This document shows positions 55,655-64,000 of a stretch of DNA of 64,000 nucleotides, one piece after another. The translations under genes were made by a program, and so were the position numbers. The notes under the pieces were generated by a model, which saw only the letters and a program-made list of their open reading frames with translations, was not told the DNA's origin and ran no database searches. Numbering within the stretch: position 1 is the stretch's first letter; each line of letters starts with the position of its first letter. Source of the DNA: a virus; the IMG/VR virus record IMGVR_UViG_3300034102_002082, positions 1 through 64,000 of that record, one strand, 5' to 3'.

Positions 55655-57556
55655 ATGATAAACGAACAAGATAAGTTGGAACATAAAGATGGCGTTTTTG
55701 CTAAATTAAAAAGATTGTTTAGTGATGAAGTAGTCATAAGAAATGTTGGTGGTAAGAAAATAAAAGTAGCAGATACTGAACACAATCAATTCTCTACCGA
55801 CAGAAATTCTCTGCGTGATAGGTTTAATAGGCTCCGATCAAGTACATATAACTTACATAACCGAGATATGGCTATGTCATACCAATCGGCGAGATTGGAG
55901 CTATTTCGCGATTATGATGTCATGGATATGGACCCTATATTGGCATCTGCTCTAGATATTTATGCCGATGAATGTTTGACTGCAAATGAACACGGTAAAG
56001 TACTGACCATATCATCGGACGATGAAAATATAAAGCAGATATTAGAAAACTTGTTTTATGATATTCTCAACGTAGAATTTAACTTATGGAGTTGGATAAG
56101 AAATTTATGTAAATATGGAGATATGTATTTACTCATGGATATTTCTCCTGAGTATGGCGTGTATAATGTCCACCCACTATCGTCATATGAAGTTACCCGC
56201 ATCGAAGGAATCGACCCAGAAAACAAAGCATATGTAAAATTTCAACATGATGGTGCTAGGGGTGGACAAGAATACGATAACTTCGAAGTCGCACATTTTA
56301 GATTACTAAGCGATTCTAACTTCTTACCATATGGAAAGTCCATGTTGGAATCTGCTAGAAGAATCTGGAAACAATTATCGCTAATGGAAGACGCGATGTT
56401 AATACATCGTATAATGAGAGCACCAGAGAAGAGAATATTTAAGATAGACATAGGAAATATACCACCAAATGAAGTAGATGGTTATATGGAAAAGTTGATA
56501 TCCAGAATGAAAAAAATTCCATATATTGACGAAAAAACTGGGGATTACAATTTAAGATTCAATTTACAAAACATGGTAGAAGACTTCTATCTACCAGTTC
56601 GTGGATCAGATAGTGGTACTAGTATCGATTCACTAAGCGGGATGGAGTTTACTGGCACGGAGGACATAGAATATCTGAGAAATAAGCTAATGTCTGCCTT
56701 GAAAATTCCAAAGGCGTTTTTGGGTTATGACGAAACAATGTCAGGAAAATCAACACTTTCTATGGAAGACGTTCGTTTTTCTAAGACTATCAATAGACTA
56801 CAGAAAATCATATGTAGTGAATTGAATAAGATAGCTATTCTCCATTTATATGTTCAGGGATATAGAGATGCATCATTATTGAATTTTAAATTGGAATTAA
56901 CCAATTCGTCAGCGGTTCTTGAGCAAGAGAAGATAGCTTTCTGGCAAGATAAAATAAACTTGGCCAAGGATATGAAGGAAAGCAAATTATTTGATTCCGA
57001 TTATATATACAAGGAAATATTTAAACTAAGTGCTGGTAAGATTCAGGAGATAAAGAAGGGTGTAATCTCAGATCAAAAAACATTCTGGAGATATGACCAG
57101 ATAGAAAATGAAGGTAACGATCCAACATTTTCAAAACAATCAGTAGATTCTAATGGGTCAACTAAGGATGTTCCACAAGAAGATGCCGGAAATTCACCCT
57201 TGGAGTCTGGTGGAGAAGAGCCACCACTAAAAGAAGCGGTGCGGAAAAAAACCAAAGATAGAATATTGCCAGACCAGTCCGGTATTAAAGATGCATCTGA
57301 TTACCCGTTTGGAGAAAATCCATTAGGAAAGAAAGAAGATGAAGGTAGTAGAACAGATCCATTGAGACATACAACTAGAGGAGGGACATTCTCTATGCGC
57401 GAGAATGAGCTATCCGAGATATTAAATAAGGTAACTAACCGAGAAAAAAAGAAAAATTCTAACAACAGCAATATATTATTAGAAGACATTACCACCCCAA
57501 TAACAAGAAAAACTCCATCGATCATGGATGAAACACAAATTCTTACAGAAGAATAA
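55655..57556 (+). CDS. gp20: portal protein
   Basis: ALDIYADE, QLSLMEDAMLIHRIMRAPEKRIFKIDIGN, EDFYLPVRG, ALKIPKAFL. Confidence 0.95.
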   Translation: MINEQDKLEHKDGVFAKLKRLFSDEVVIRNVGGKKIKVADTEHNQFSTDRNSLRDRFNRLRSSTYNLHNRDMAMSYQSARLELFRDYDVMDMDPILASALDIYADECLTANEHGKVLTISSDDENIKQILENLFYDILNVEFNLWSWIRNLCKYGDMYLLMDISPEYGVYNVHPLSSYEVTRIEGIDPENKAYVKFQHDGARGGQEYDNFEVAHFRLLSDSNFLPYGKSMLESARRIWKQLSLMEDAMLIHRIMRAPEKRIFKIDIGNIPPNEVDGYMEKLISRMKKIPYIDEKTGDYNLRFNLQNMVEDFYLPVRGSDSGTSIDSLSGMEFTGTEDIEYLRNKLMSALKIPKAFLGYDETMSGKSTLSMEDVRFSKTINRLQKIICSELNKIAILHLYVQGYRDASLLNFKLELTNSSAVLEQEKIAFWQDKINLAKDMKESKLFDSDYIYKEIFKLSAGKIQEIKKGVISDQKTFWRYDQIENEGNDPTFSKQSVDSNGSTKDVPQEDAGNSPLESGGEEPPLKEAVRKKTKDRILPDQSGIKDASDYPFGENPLGKKEDEGSRTDPLRHTTRGGTFSMRENELSEILNKVTNREKKKNSNNSNILLEDITTPITRKTPSIMDETQILTEE

Positions 57557-57599
57557 ATAAAAAACTTACTTTTTATAAACATTTACATATTTATTAATT

Positions 57600-58487
57600 A
57601 TGATTCAAACCAAGAAGTTAAAACATTCTAAATTTAAAAATACAGGCATTTTGTTTGAGCTTCTAGTCAAGCAAGTGACCGCAGACATCCTTTCCGGCAA
57701 GGAAACATCAAATGCTGTCGGTATTCTACAGAAATATTTCGGTGAGGGAACTGAACTCGGGAAGGAACACAAGATATACAAGTTCATAAATGAGGAGAAG
57801 ATAAAGAATGATACTAATGCTGAAAAAGCCATTGAAGTATGCATACGAGCAAAGAAAAAACTGAACGAAAATAAATTAAACAAGGAAAAGTTTGAATTGA
57901 TCAAGGAAATAAAGGGTAATTGGGATATCGATAGTTTTCTCAAGGGTAGTATAACTAACTACAAGTTAATGGCTTCTATATATAAAACATTAGAAGAATC
58001 TATCAAAGTTGATTTTGATATAGACCCAAAAGAATCGTATCAGTCTAGACAATTTATATTGGAACATCTCACGACCACAAAGAAAAAAGTATTAGAATCA
58101 ACGGACAAGGATGATCTAATAAAACTATATCAAGAACAATCGGAAGATATGAGACTGTTATCTTATAAGTTAATGGTTGATAACTTTAATACTAAGTACT
58201 CCACACTAAATGACCCACAGAAGTCATTAATAAAAGAATATATTTATAATGTGAGCAATACGAATTCGCTCCGTAAATTCATAAACGATGAAGTTCCTAA
58301 AGTAAGAGTTAAATTAAATGAATTATCTGGTAATATAAATAACCAGATATTGAAGATAAAAATAAAAGAGGCAGCAAACCAATTATCTAAAATATGTGAA
58401 GGTGCTGTCGTCAAGGATAATCACGTTTCTTCTTTATTGGTTGCATATGAATTGATAAAAGAAATGGAGTCGTTGAATGGAAAATAA
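57600..58487 (+). CDS. conserved head-module protein
   Basis: KHSKFKNTGILFELLV; located between portal and protease. Confidence 0.75.
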   Translation: MIQTKKLKHSKFKNTGILFELLVKQVTADILSGKETSNAVGILQKYFGEGTELGKEHKIYKFINEEKIKNDTNAEKAIEVCIRAKKKLNENKLNKEKFELIKEIKGNWDIDSFLKGSITNYKLMASIYKTLEESIKVDFDIDPKESYQSRQFILEHLTTTKKKVLESTDKDDLIKLYQEQSEDMRLLSYKLMVDNFNTKYSTLNDPQKSLIKEYIYNVSNTNSLRKFINDEVPKVRVKLNELSGNINNQILKIKIKEAANQLSKICEGAVVKDNHVSSLLVAYELIKEMESLNGK

Positions 58488-59499
58488 GAAATTAATTTGT
58501 ATTGAGGGCGGGAAAGAATCCACTAAGGGTTACTCATTCGTTAAGTCTATAGGTTACGATATATTAGTCAGAAGTCCTGATAATAAGTTGGAACTTTGGA
58601 AGCCATTGGGTGGAAACTCGAATGTACGCCATTTGAATCATGACGGAAAAAAGTATGAGTTCTCATCAGCCGACAAGAACAAGATAAAACAGATACTCAC
58701 GGAATTGAGTGCAACTGGTGGGGTAGCTGGTTATGCTACACCATACGCATTTTCTAAGGGTGGAGAAGGAAATAAAAAAGCTGCCGAAATGGTTGGTTAC
58801 AAGTTAGTTAAAGAAGAACCAGAGAAAGAAGTCATTGGTGAAGGTAAGTACTCAAACTACAAGAAGCACCCAATGAAGAATGAAGCTAAAATATCATTAT
58901 CGTTACGTGAAGTAAATAAGTTGTTACGTGAGATAGAAAACCTAGTAAATTTCAATAGCAGATTAAAAACAGAAACCAAGGTTGATGGTACTTACTGGAG
59001 CAGAAGCGCAAAGGATGTAGCTCAGATCAGGGAAAGAACAAAAAATATTGTTCGTGGTATTCGCGGCATAGTAAAGGGTAAATTGAATGAAATTTCACAA
59101 CCAATGTCGGAGCCTGTAGTCGGTACTGATTCACAACCAGTGTTACCTACGACCCACGCGAATTCTCCGGAGAAATTATACACCATTTCCATAGACTTTC
59201 TAAATTTTCAGAACGATATAAGCGGAACAGTAATCAAGCACACAAACACAATTAAGAAAAAGGTATTAAATAGAGAAGTTACTGTGAGAGCATCCAAGGG
59301 ATACGGTCAAGTAGAAAAGGATTATACTATACTAGTAAAAAATGTATCTATTGTATTATATAAGGAAGAGTATAACCTAATATTTAAAGATCAGAATAAG
59401 AAAGAATATTATATCAATACAGCATTCAAATTAAAAGTAAAATCTCCGATAGAAGCCACACAATCAGTTACACAAGAACAACCAATTTTAAAGAAATAA
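58477..59499 (+). CDS. head-module protein, possibly a protease-processed core protein
   Basis: ELSATGGVAGYATPYAF; several L/I-x-E sites. Confidence 0.7.
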   Translation: MENKKLICIEGGKESTKGYSFVKSIGYDILVRSPDNKLELWKPLGGNSNVRHLNHDGKKYEFSSADKNKIKQILTELSATGGVAGYATPYAFSKGGEGNKKAAEMVGYKLVKEEPEKEVIGEGKYSNYKKHPMKNEAKISLSLREVNKLLREIENLVNFNSRLKTETKVDGTYWSRSAKDVAQIRERTKNIVRGIRGIVKGKLNEISQPMSEPVVGTDSQPVLPTTHANSPEKLYTISIDFLNFQNDISGTVIKHTNTIKKKVLNREVTVRASKGYGQVEKDYTILVKNVSIVLYKEEYNLIFKDQNKKEYYINTAFKLKVKSPIEATQSVTQEQPILKK

Positions 59500-59500
59500 T

Positions 59501-60115
59501 ATGAGCAAACAATTACTAATAGACTGCATCCCGTTCGAGATATCACCAACATTATTAAACGAGATAAAAGTTGCTGGTCCGAATTCTTTACTTATAGTAA
59601 AGGGTGTTTTACAGCGTGCCGATTCCGAGAATCAAAACGGAAGAACTTACGCAAAAAAGATACTTGAGCGAGAGATAGAAAACTACAAGAAGAATTTCGT
59701 TAATGAGCGCAGAGCAGTGGGGGAATTAGATCACCCTGAAAAGAGTATAATAGAACTGAAGAACGTCAGTCATAACATAACGGAAATTCACTGGGAAGGT
59801 GATGACGTTGTTGGTACCGTTGAAATATTGACTACTCCTGCTGGTAATATCCTTCGCGAATTAATTAAAAACGGGATAAAAATTGGTATTTCTAGTAGAG
59901 CACTTGGATCAGTAACAGAAGGTCGTAACGGTACGAAAGTTGTCGGTGATGACTTGTCATTAATTTGCTGGGACTTTGTTAGTAATCCAAGCACCAGTGG
60001 GGCATGGATGAATCCAACAAACTTGAATGAGGGAATTGATAATAGCATCACACCAAAGAATTCAAAACTAGAAGAATTGGTTAGGGACTTGATCATCGAA
60101 ATCGGAAGCAAATAA
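59501..60115 (+). CDS. gp21: prohead core protease
   Basis: NQNGRTY, GELDHP (His), GISSRALGS (Ser), WDFVSNPS (Asp). Confidence 0.95.
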   Translation: MSKQLLIDCIPFEISPTLLNEIKVAGPNSLLIVKGVLQRADSENQNGRTYAKKILEREIENYKKNFVNERRAVGELDHPEKSIIELKNVSHNITEIHWEGDDVVGTVEILTTPAGNILRELIKNGIKIGISSRALGSVTEGRNGTKVVGDDLSLICWDFVSNPSTSGAWMNPTNLNEGIDNSITPKNSKLEELVRDLIIEIGSK

Positions 60116-60124
60116 TTTAAAAAT

Positions 60125-60709
60125 ATGAAAACAACAAAAAAATTTAACATCGGAAGTATTCTAAAAGAAATTTCCAGCCACGCAACTATCGGTAGATTAG
60201 ATGAAGCTGGAAATTTTCCAGAAAAGAAAAAACCAGCAGCCACACCGGAAGAAGATGATAATCAAGCGGAGGTTCCGGTTGGTGGAGATACACCACCAGC
60301 CGCTGCTCCTGTCGATAAACAAACAGCACCGGCACCAGAACAACCAAATTCTGAGCCACCAGCCCAAGAACAAGATGCGCCAGCTGCTCCAGTAGATAAT
60401 GCTCCAGCGGAACCAGCACAAGAAGATCCAAATATGGCAAAGTCGGAAACCGACCAAGCGGAACAAGAAATAGATCAACCATCGTTCGTAAAGTTAAATA
60501 GTGATACCGGAGTTAAGTTTTTGCTTGGTACCATTCTTGAGCCAGCTGTAGAGACAAATACAATAGATTCTATTGCACAAGACTTCATCGATAAACTAAA
60601 GATAAATACAAACGAGGACTTCCAGAAGTTTAGGGATGAAACTATTCAATTTAGACCAGTAAGTGGATTCAATCAATTGTTATCCAGCATGGAAAATTTC
60701 ATTGGATGA
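60125..60709 (+). CDS. Pro/Ala/acidic head-module protein
   Basis: ILKE leader; low-complexity linker. Confidence 0.7.
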   Translation: MKTTKKFNIGSILKEISSHATIGRLDEAGNFPEKKKPAATPEEDDNQAEVPVGGDTPPAAAPVDKQTAPAPEQPNSEPPAQEQDAPAAPVDNAPAEPAQEDPNMAKSETDQAEQEIDQPSFVKLNSDTGVKFLLGTILEPAVETNTIDSIAQDFIDKLKINTNEDFQKFRDETIQFRPVSGFNQLLSSMENFIG

Positions 60710-61350
60710 ACGAAGAACTTATAAGTTATTCTATATCTGTTTTAAGAGAGGATTTATCGAAAATAACATCCTCTCTTCCAGATAAACCAGCTGACCTATT
60801 CAGGAAGTTGGTTATAGCGTTTCCTAAATTGATTAAGAGTATAGGAGCAGTAAAAGCATTTATTTTAAAAGACACAGTAATACAAATAAAATGTAAAAAT
60901 TTTACCGTTTTTATTTGTAGATCGAAGACTGATTATACGAAAGTCGATATAATAATAAGAAAAGGTGGGACTAATTTAGTAAAGAAAGAGAATGTATTTT
61001 TTGAGGATTTGGAACGAGTCATCATGTCAGCAAATAAATCAACATTAACCGAATATGAGGTTGGGGATTTGGATAAAAATAAGTCCAAGATAGATAAAAA
61101 TCAAGGCAAACAGAAGATTGGAACCAATAGTTCCAATGTGAAGAATGTGGCAACATCGCTATCCTCAGCGATGTCCGCTGTTGATGGTTATCCATCAACG
61201 GAAAAAGAAATAATATCAAATACTAATGATAGGTTTGAGGACTTAGATAAAGTAATAAATACATCACAGTTCAGGAGTTCTGTCGGAGATGACAAAACAT
61301 ACCAGAAAATAAAAAAGAATTACGCAACAATTAAACAGAATAAAATATAA
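60706..61350 (+). CDS. hypothetical head-module protein
   Basis: 214 aa, operon packing. Confidence 0.65.
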   Translation: MNEELISYSISVLREDLSKITSSLPDKPADLFRKLVIAFPKLIKSIGAVKAFILKDTVIQIKCKNFTVFICRSKTDYTKVDIIIRKGGTNLVKKENVFFEDLERVIMSANKSTLTEYEVGDLDKNKSKIDKNQGKQKIGTNSSNVKNVATSLSSAMSAVDGYPSTEKEIISNTNDRFEDLDKVINTSQFRSSVGDDKTYQKIKKNYATIKQNKI

Positions 61351-61381
61351 TTTTTATATTTATTCATATATACTTATAAAC

Positions 61382-61810
61382 ATGAAATTAAAAAAACTCT
61401 TAGCAGAAATGGGAGCACCCGATTCATTCGGTGCACCAAAACAAGAAAAGACTATCGGTAAAGAGCTTAAATTGGCACTTGAAACCATCGGTGGATACAA
61501 CGGTCATGGTAAGTCATTAAAACGAGAAATTGGGTTACCAGAACTATCAAAAAAATTAAGAGAAACCGTTGATTTGGCATCAAAAATTGCACTAGAGAAT
61601 CTGAATGAAGATGAATGGTTCGAAAGAAAAACTGTTGAACGCAATATGACAGAAGCGAAGAAGCATGTATCCGAATTTGAAAAAATAGCTTCCGAGGCAC
61701 ATAAATGCGAAATGCAACTAGAAGCATTGTTCGATGAAATCGGACATAAGTTAGGAAGATATTATGAGATAAAAGATTTAGATGTAGAAACTACACCAAT
61801 AATAAAATAA
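61382..61810 (+). CDS. conserved head-module protein
   Basis: MKLKKLLAE; EWFE..TVERNM; GHKLGRYYEI. Confidence 0.7.
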   Translation: MKLKKLLAEMGAPDSFGAPKQEKTIGKELKLALETIGGYNGHGKSLKREIGLPELSKKLRETVDLASKIALENLNEDEWFERKTVERNMTEAKKHVSEFEKIASEAHKCEMQLEALFDEIGHKLGRYYEIKDLDVETTPIIK

Positions 61811-61817
61811 TATAGTC

Positions 61818-62189
61818 ATGGACGCATCTGATAATAATACATTAGCTGGGTTGATAACTGCTGGCTCGACAATACTTACTGGCATAGTTTCTCTGATTGG
61901 TGCCATACTATACAACAATAGAAAGCAGAAAATTAGCAACCAAAATGACTTTACTCTACTTGCTGACGCAAATAACAAATTTAGGGATGAGGTTAGAGGT
62001 GATCTGAAGATCGCTCGTGACCGTATAGACAATTTGGAGAAGGATTTGGATATAGCAAAAAAGACCATAGTTAAAATGGATGCTGAACTGGAAGAAGCGA
62101 AGGCTACTATTGTTAAACTTGAGTTTGAATTGACCGAAAAGAATATTCTGATTCACGCACTTACGAGAAACACATCGAAAAATATTTAA
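61818..62189 (+). CDS. membrane-anchored coiled-coil protein (holin-like architecture)
   Basis: N-terminal hydrophobic helix followed by a coiled coil. Confidence 0.55.
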   Translation: MDASDNNTLAGLITAGSTILTGIVSLIGAILYNNRKQKISNQNDFTLLADANNKFRDEVRGDLKIARDRIDNLEKDLDIAKKTIVKMDAELEEAKATIVKLEFELTEKNILIHALTRNTSKNI

Positions 62190-62315
62190 AAATATTTTAT
62201 CTTTTTGTTAATTGTATATATACTTATATAGAAATGCGACAACCTTTATTTGTGGCAATAAAAAATAATTTTTATTACTGATATTAATATCGGTACCACG
62301 TAATAAAGGAAACAC

Positions 62316-63575
62316 ATGTCAAAAATACTAAAAGATGCAATGATTGATGCGAAGGCTGTTAGAGCCACCGCATTAGCAAACGCTCGCGCAGCATTAGAAG
62401 AAGCTTTTTCTCCTAAGCTAGAAGCGATGTTTAGCCAAAAACTAAAAGAGATGGATCAAGAGGGTCAACAAGAACCAGAATCGATTGATTCTATTGATGC
62501 TCTTCAACCAGAAGACCAAAACATCGGCGGGGAAGAAATTCCAACCGATTTTAACAATGCTCAGGACTCCGCCGGGATTAATCCGGTTGCCGATATTACT
62601 TCCGGTAACGAAATTGATCAGGCTACACAAGCACTAGCAGAATCAGACGATTCATTCGCTCTCGACTCATCGAAGTCAGGAGAAAAAACAACCGATTCTG
62701 TAGGTGTTAATGGACAAACCAAACAAGCACTAAAGAAGGATGACAAGAACGTAACTGCCAATTTCTCGGGTAGCGCACAAAAAGTTCCAGCAAAGTCTGC
62801 GTCCGGAGAAAAAACAACCGATTCTGTAGGTGTTAATGGACAAACCAAACAAGCACTAAAGAAGGATGACAAGAACGTAACTGCTCCACTAAAAGAAAAT
62901 GAATGTGAAGATGGGGAGTCAGAAAAAACTGAATTAGAAGAGATCCTGTCCGAATTAGAAGATGGTTCTAAAGAAGATGAAGATGGTAAAGACCTAGACG
63001 AATCCGAGAATCCTTTCGCCAAGAAAGAAGACGGCGATGAAGAGATCGACCTAGATGAAGTACTATCCTCACTAAAAGAAGAATCCGAAGAAGAGGAAAA
63101 GGAAGAAGAGTCCGATGAAGAAAAAGACGAATTGAAGGAACAAAATGCTTCACTCGTTAAAGAAAACACCGACTATAAACGCGCACTTTCATACTTGAAA
63201 ACCAAGTTGAACGAAATCAATTTGCTTAATGCCAAACTACTTTACACAAACAAGTTGTTTAAGGCCGCTGATTTGAGCAACAACCAGAAGGTAAAGATCG
63301 TAGAAAATATGGACCTAGCGAAGACTGTTCGTGAAGTTAAATATGCCTACGCAATAATCGCTGAATCGATTAATTTCGGTGGAAAGCAACCAATAAAAGA
63401 ATCCGCTGCTCCTAAAAAAGTAGTAGTTCAAAATAAAGTGGTTAGCACTATCACTGAAGGTTTAGCATCAAGAACCGTAGCTTCCACTAAGCCATCAAAA
63501 GAATTGCTTACAGAAGGTGCTGTAATGTCCAATAGATTCCAGAAACTAGCTGGTATCAAAACAAGAAAAGCTTAA
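62316..63575 (+). CDS. prohead scaffolding protein
   Basis: ILKDAMIDAKAVRATALANARAALEEAF, acidic middle, LNEINLLNAKLLYTNKLF, RFQKLAGI; directly upstream of the MCP. Confidence 0.85.
   Translation: MSKILKDAMIDAKAVRATALANARAALEEAFSPKLEAMFSQKLKEMDQEGQQEPESIDSIDALQPEDQNIGGEEIPTDFNNAQDSAGINPVADITSGNEIDQATQALAESDDSFALDSSKSGEKTTDSVGVNGQTKQALKKDDKNVTANFSGSAQKVPAKSASGEKTTDSVGVNGQTKQALKKDDKNVTAPLKENECEDGESEKTELEEILSELEDGSKEDEDGKDLDESENPFAKKEDGDEEIDLDEVLSSLKEESEEEEKEEESDEEKDELKEQNASLVKENTDYKRALSYLKTKLNEINLLNAKLLYTNKLFKAADLSNNQKVKIVENMDLAKTVREVKYAYAIIAESINFGGKQPIKESAAPKKVVVQNKVVSTITEGLASRTVASTKPSKELLTEGAVMSNRFQKLAGIKTRKA
62679..62884 (+). repeat. exact 80-bp direct repeat inside the scaffold gene
   Basis: 62679-62758 equals 62805-62884; encodes GEKTTDSVGVNGQTKQALKKDDKNVTA twice. 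Confidence 0.9.
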
Positions 63576-63627
63576 TATATTGTATATATAAAGTAGAGTA
63601 GATGAGAAAATTCAAAACACAAAAATT

Positions 63628-64000
63628 ATGTCAAATGTAAAATCACTATTAACAGACACATTCAATCCACAAGCTCGTCTTATGGCTGAAACTCGCGGTC
63701 TTCGTCAGAAATGGGAAAAAACTGGTCTTCTAGAAGGAATCACCAGCGAAACCGAACAAGGACACATGTCCATCCTTCTTGAAAATCAGGCTAAACAGCT
63801 GATTGAAGAAGCTACCCGTACCGGAACTTCCGCTAACTCAGAACAATGGGCTGGCGTTGCTCTCCCACTAGTTCGTCGTGTATTCGCCGAAATCGCTGCT
63901 AAGGAATTCGTTTCCGTTCAGCCAATGAATCTACCATCTGGTCTTATTTTCTATTTGGACTTCAAATACGGATCTAATATAGCTGGTAAGCCATCATTCC
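63628..64000 (+). CDS. gp23: major capsid protein, partial (runs off the window)
   Basis: hand translation: KWEKTGLLEG, ILLENQAKQL, ALPLVRRVF, FVSVQPMNLPSGLIFYLDFKYG. Confidence 0.93.
   Translation, partial: MSNVKSLLTDTFNPQARLMAETRGLRQKWEKTGLLEGITSETEQGHMSILLENQAKQLIEEATRTGTSANSEQWAGVALPLVRRVFAEIAAKEFVSVQPMNLPSGLIFYLDFKYGSNIAGKPSF

Noticed and set aside
53979-57556. Inteins in terminase or portal
   Set aside because: Lengths are ordinary and no C...HN-C/S/T splice motifs are visible.
62618-63169. 183-aa Ser-rich antisense ORF, and similar antisense ORFs such as 6443..6817, 13924..14349, 45843..46283 and 59788..60243
   Set aside because: Shadow frames of well-supported genes on the opposite strand.
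1-64000. CRISPR array, tRNA genes, DGR or retron reverse transcriptase
   Set aside because: No regularly spaced repeat-spacer array, no cloverleaf with a T-loop consensus and no RT motifs were seen by eye; a tRNAscan/Infernal run would be needed to exclude RNA genes fully.
1-64000. Alternative genetic code (stop-codon reassignment)
   Set aside because: Core genes (terminase, portal, sheath) are full length in the standard code, and TAA, TAG and TGA all terminate genes.

Overview
A 64 kb stretch of a large AT-rich T4-like myovirus genome in the standard genetic code. No tRNAs, CRISPR array or reverse transcriptase were seen. Positions 1-7.1 kb form a GC-richer early-type region with small ORFs, a DUF932 gene and sigma70-like promoters, ending in a G-run-rich non-coding boundary at about 7.1-7.6 kb. 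Positions 7.6-32 kb are accessory genes: an SF2 helicase, a HAD nucleotidase, GMP reductase, PhoH, a metallophosphoesterase, a PAS protein, homing endonucleases and lysozyme. Positions 32.7-40 kb hold neck, sheath and tube genes, and 54-64 kb hold terminase, portal, prohead protease, scaffold and the start of the major capsid gene. Two candidate novel systems stand out. (1) About a dozen otherwise unrelated proteins (Nudix, kinase, GNATs, ADP-ribosyltransferase-like proteins, an isochorismatase-like protein, an Acb1-like 2H phosphoesterase) share an N-terminal tag MKYKDFYxxL(L/I)xE. The tag resembles the T4 capsid-targeting sequence and points to a virion-packaged enzyme arsenal. (2) A cluster at 7.6-9.0 kb encodes small proteins that mimic pieces of the phage's own structural proteins: the Gol region of the major capsid protein, the tail-sheath C-terminus, and a prohead protease lacking catalytic residues. 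These may be decoys against defence systems that sense structural proteins. All family calls come from motif recognition by eye; no database searches were run.
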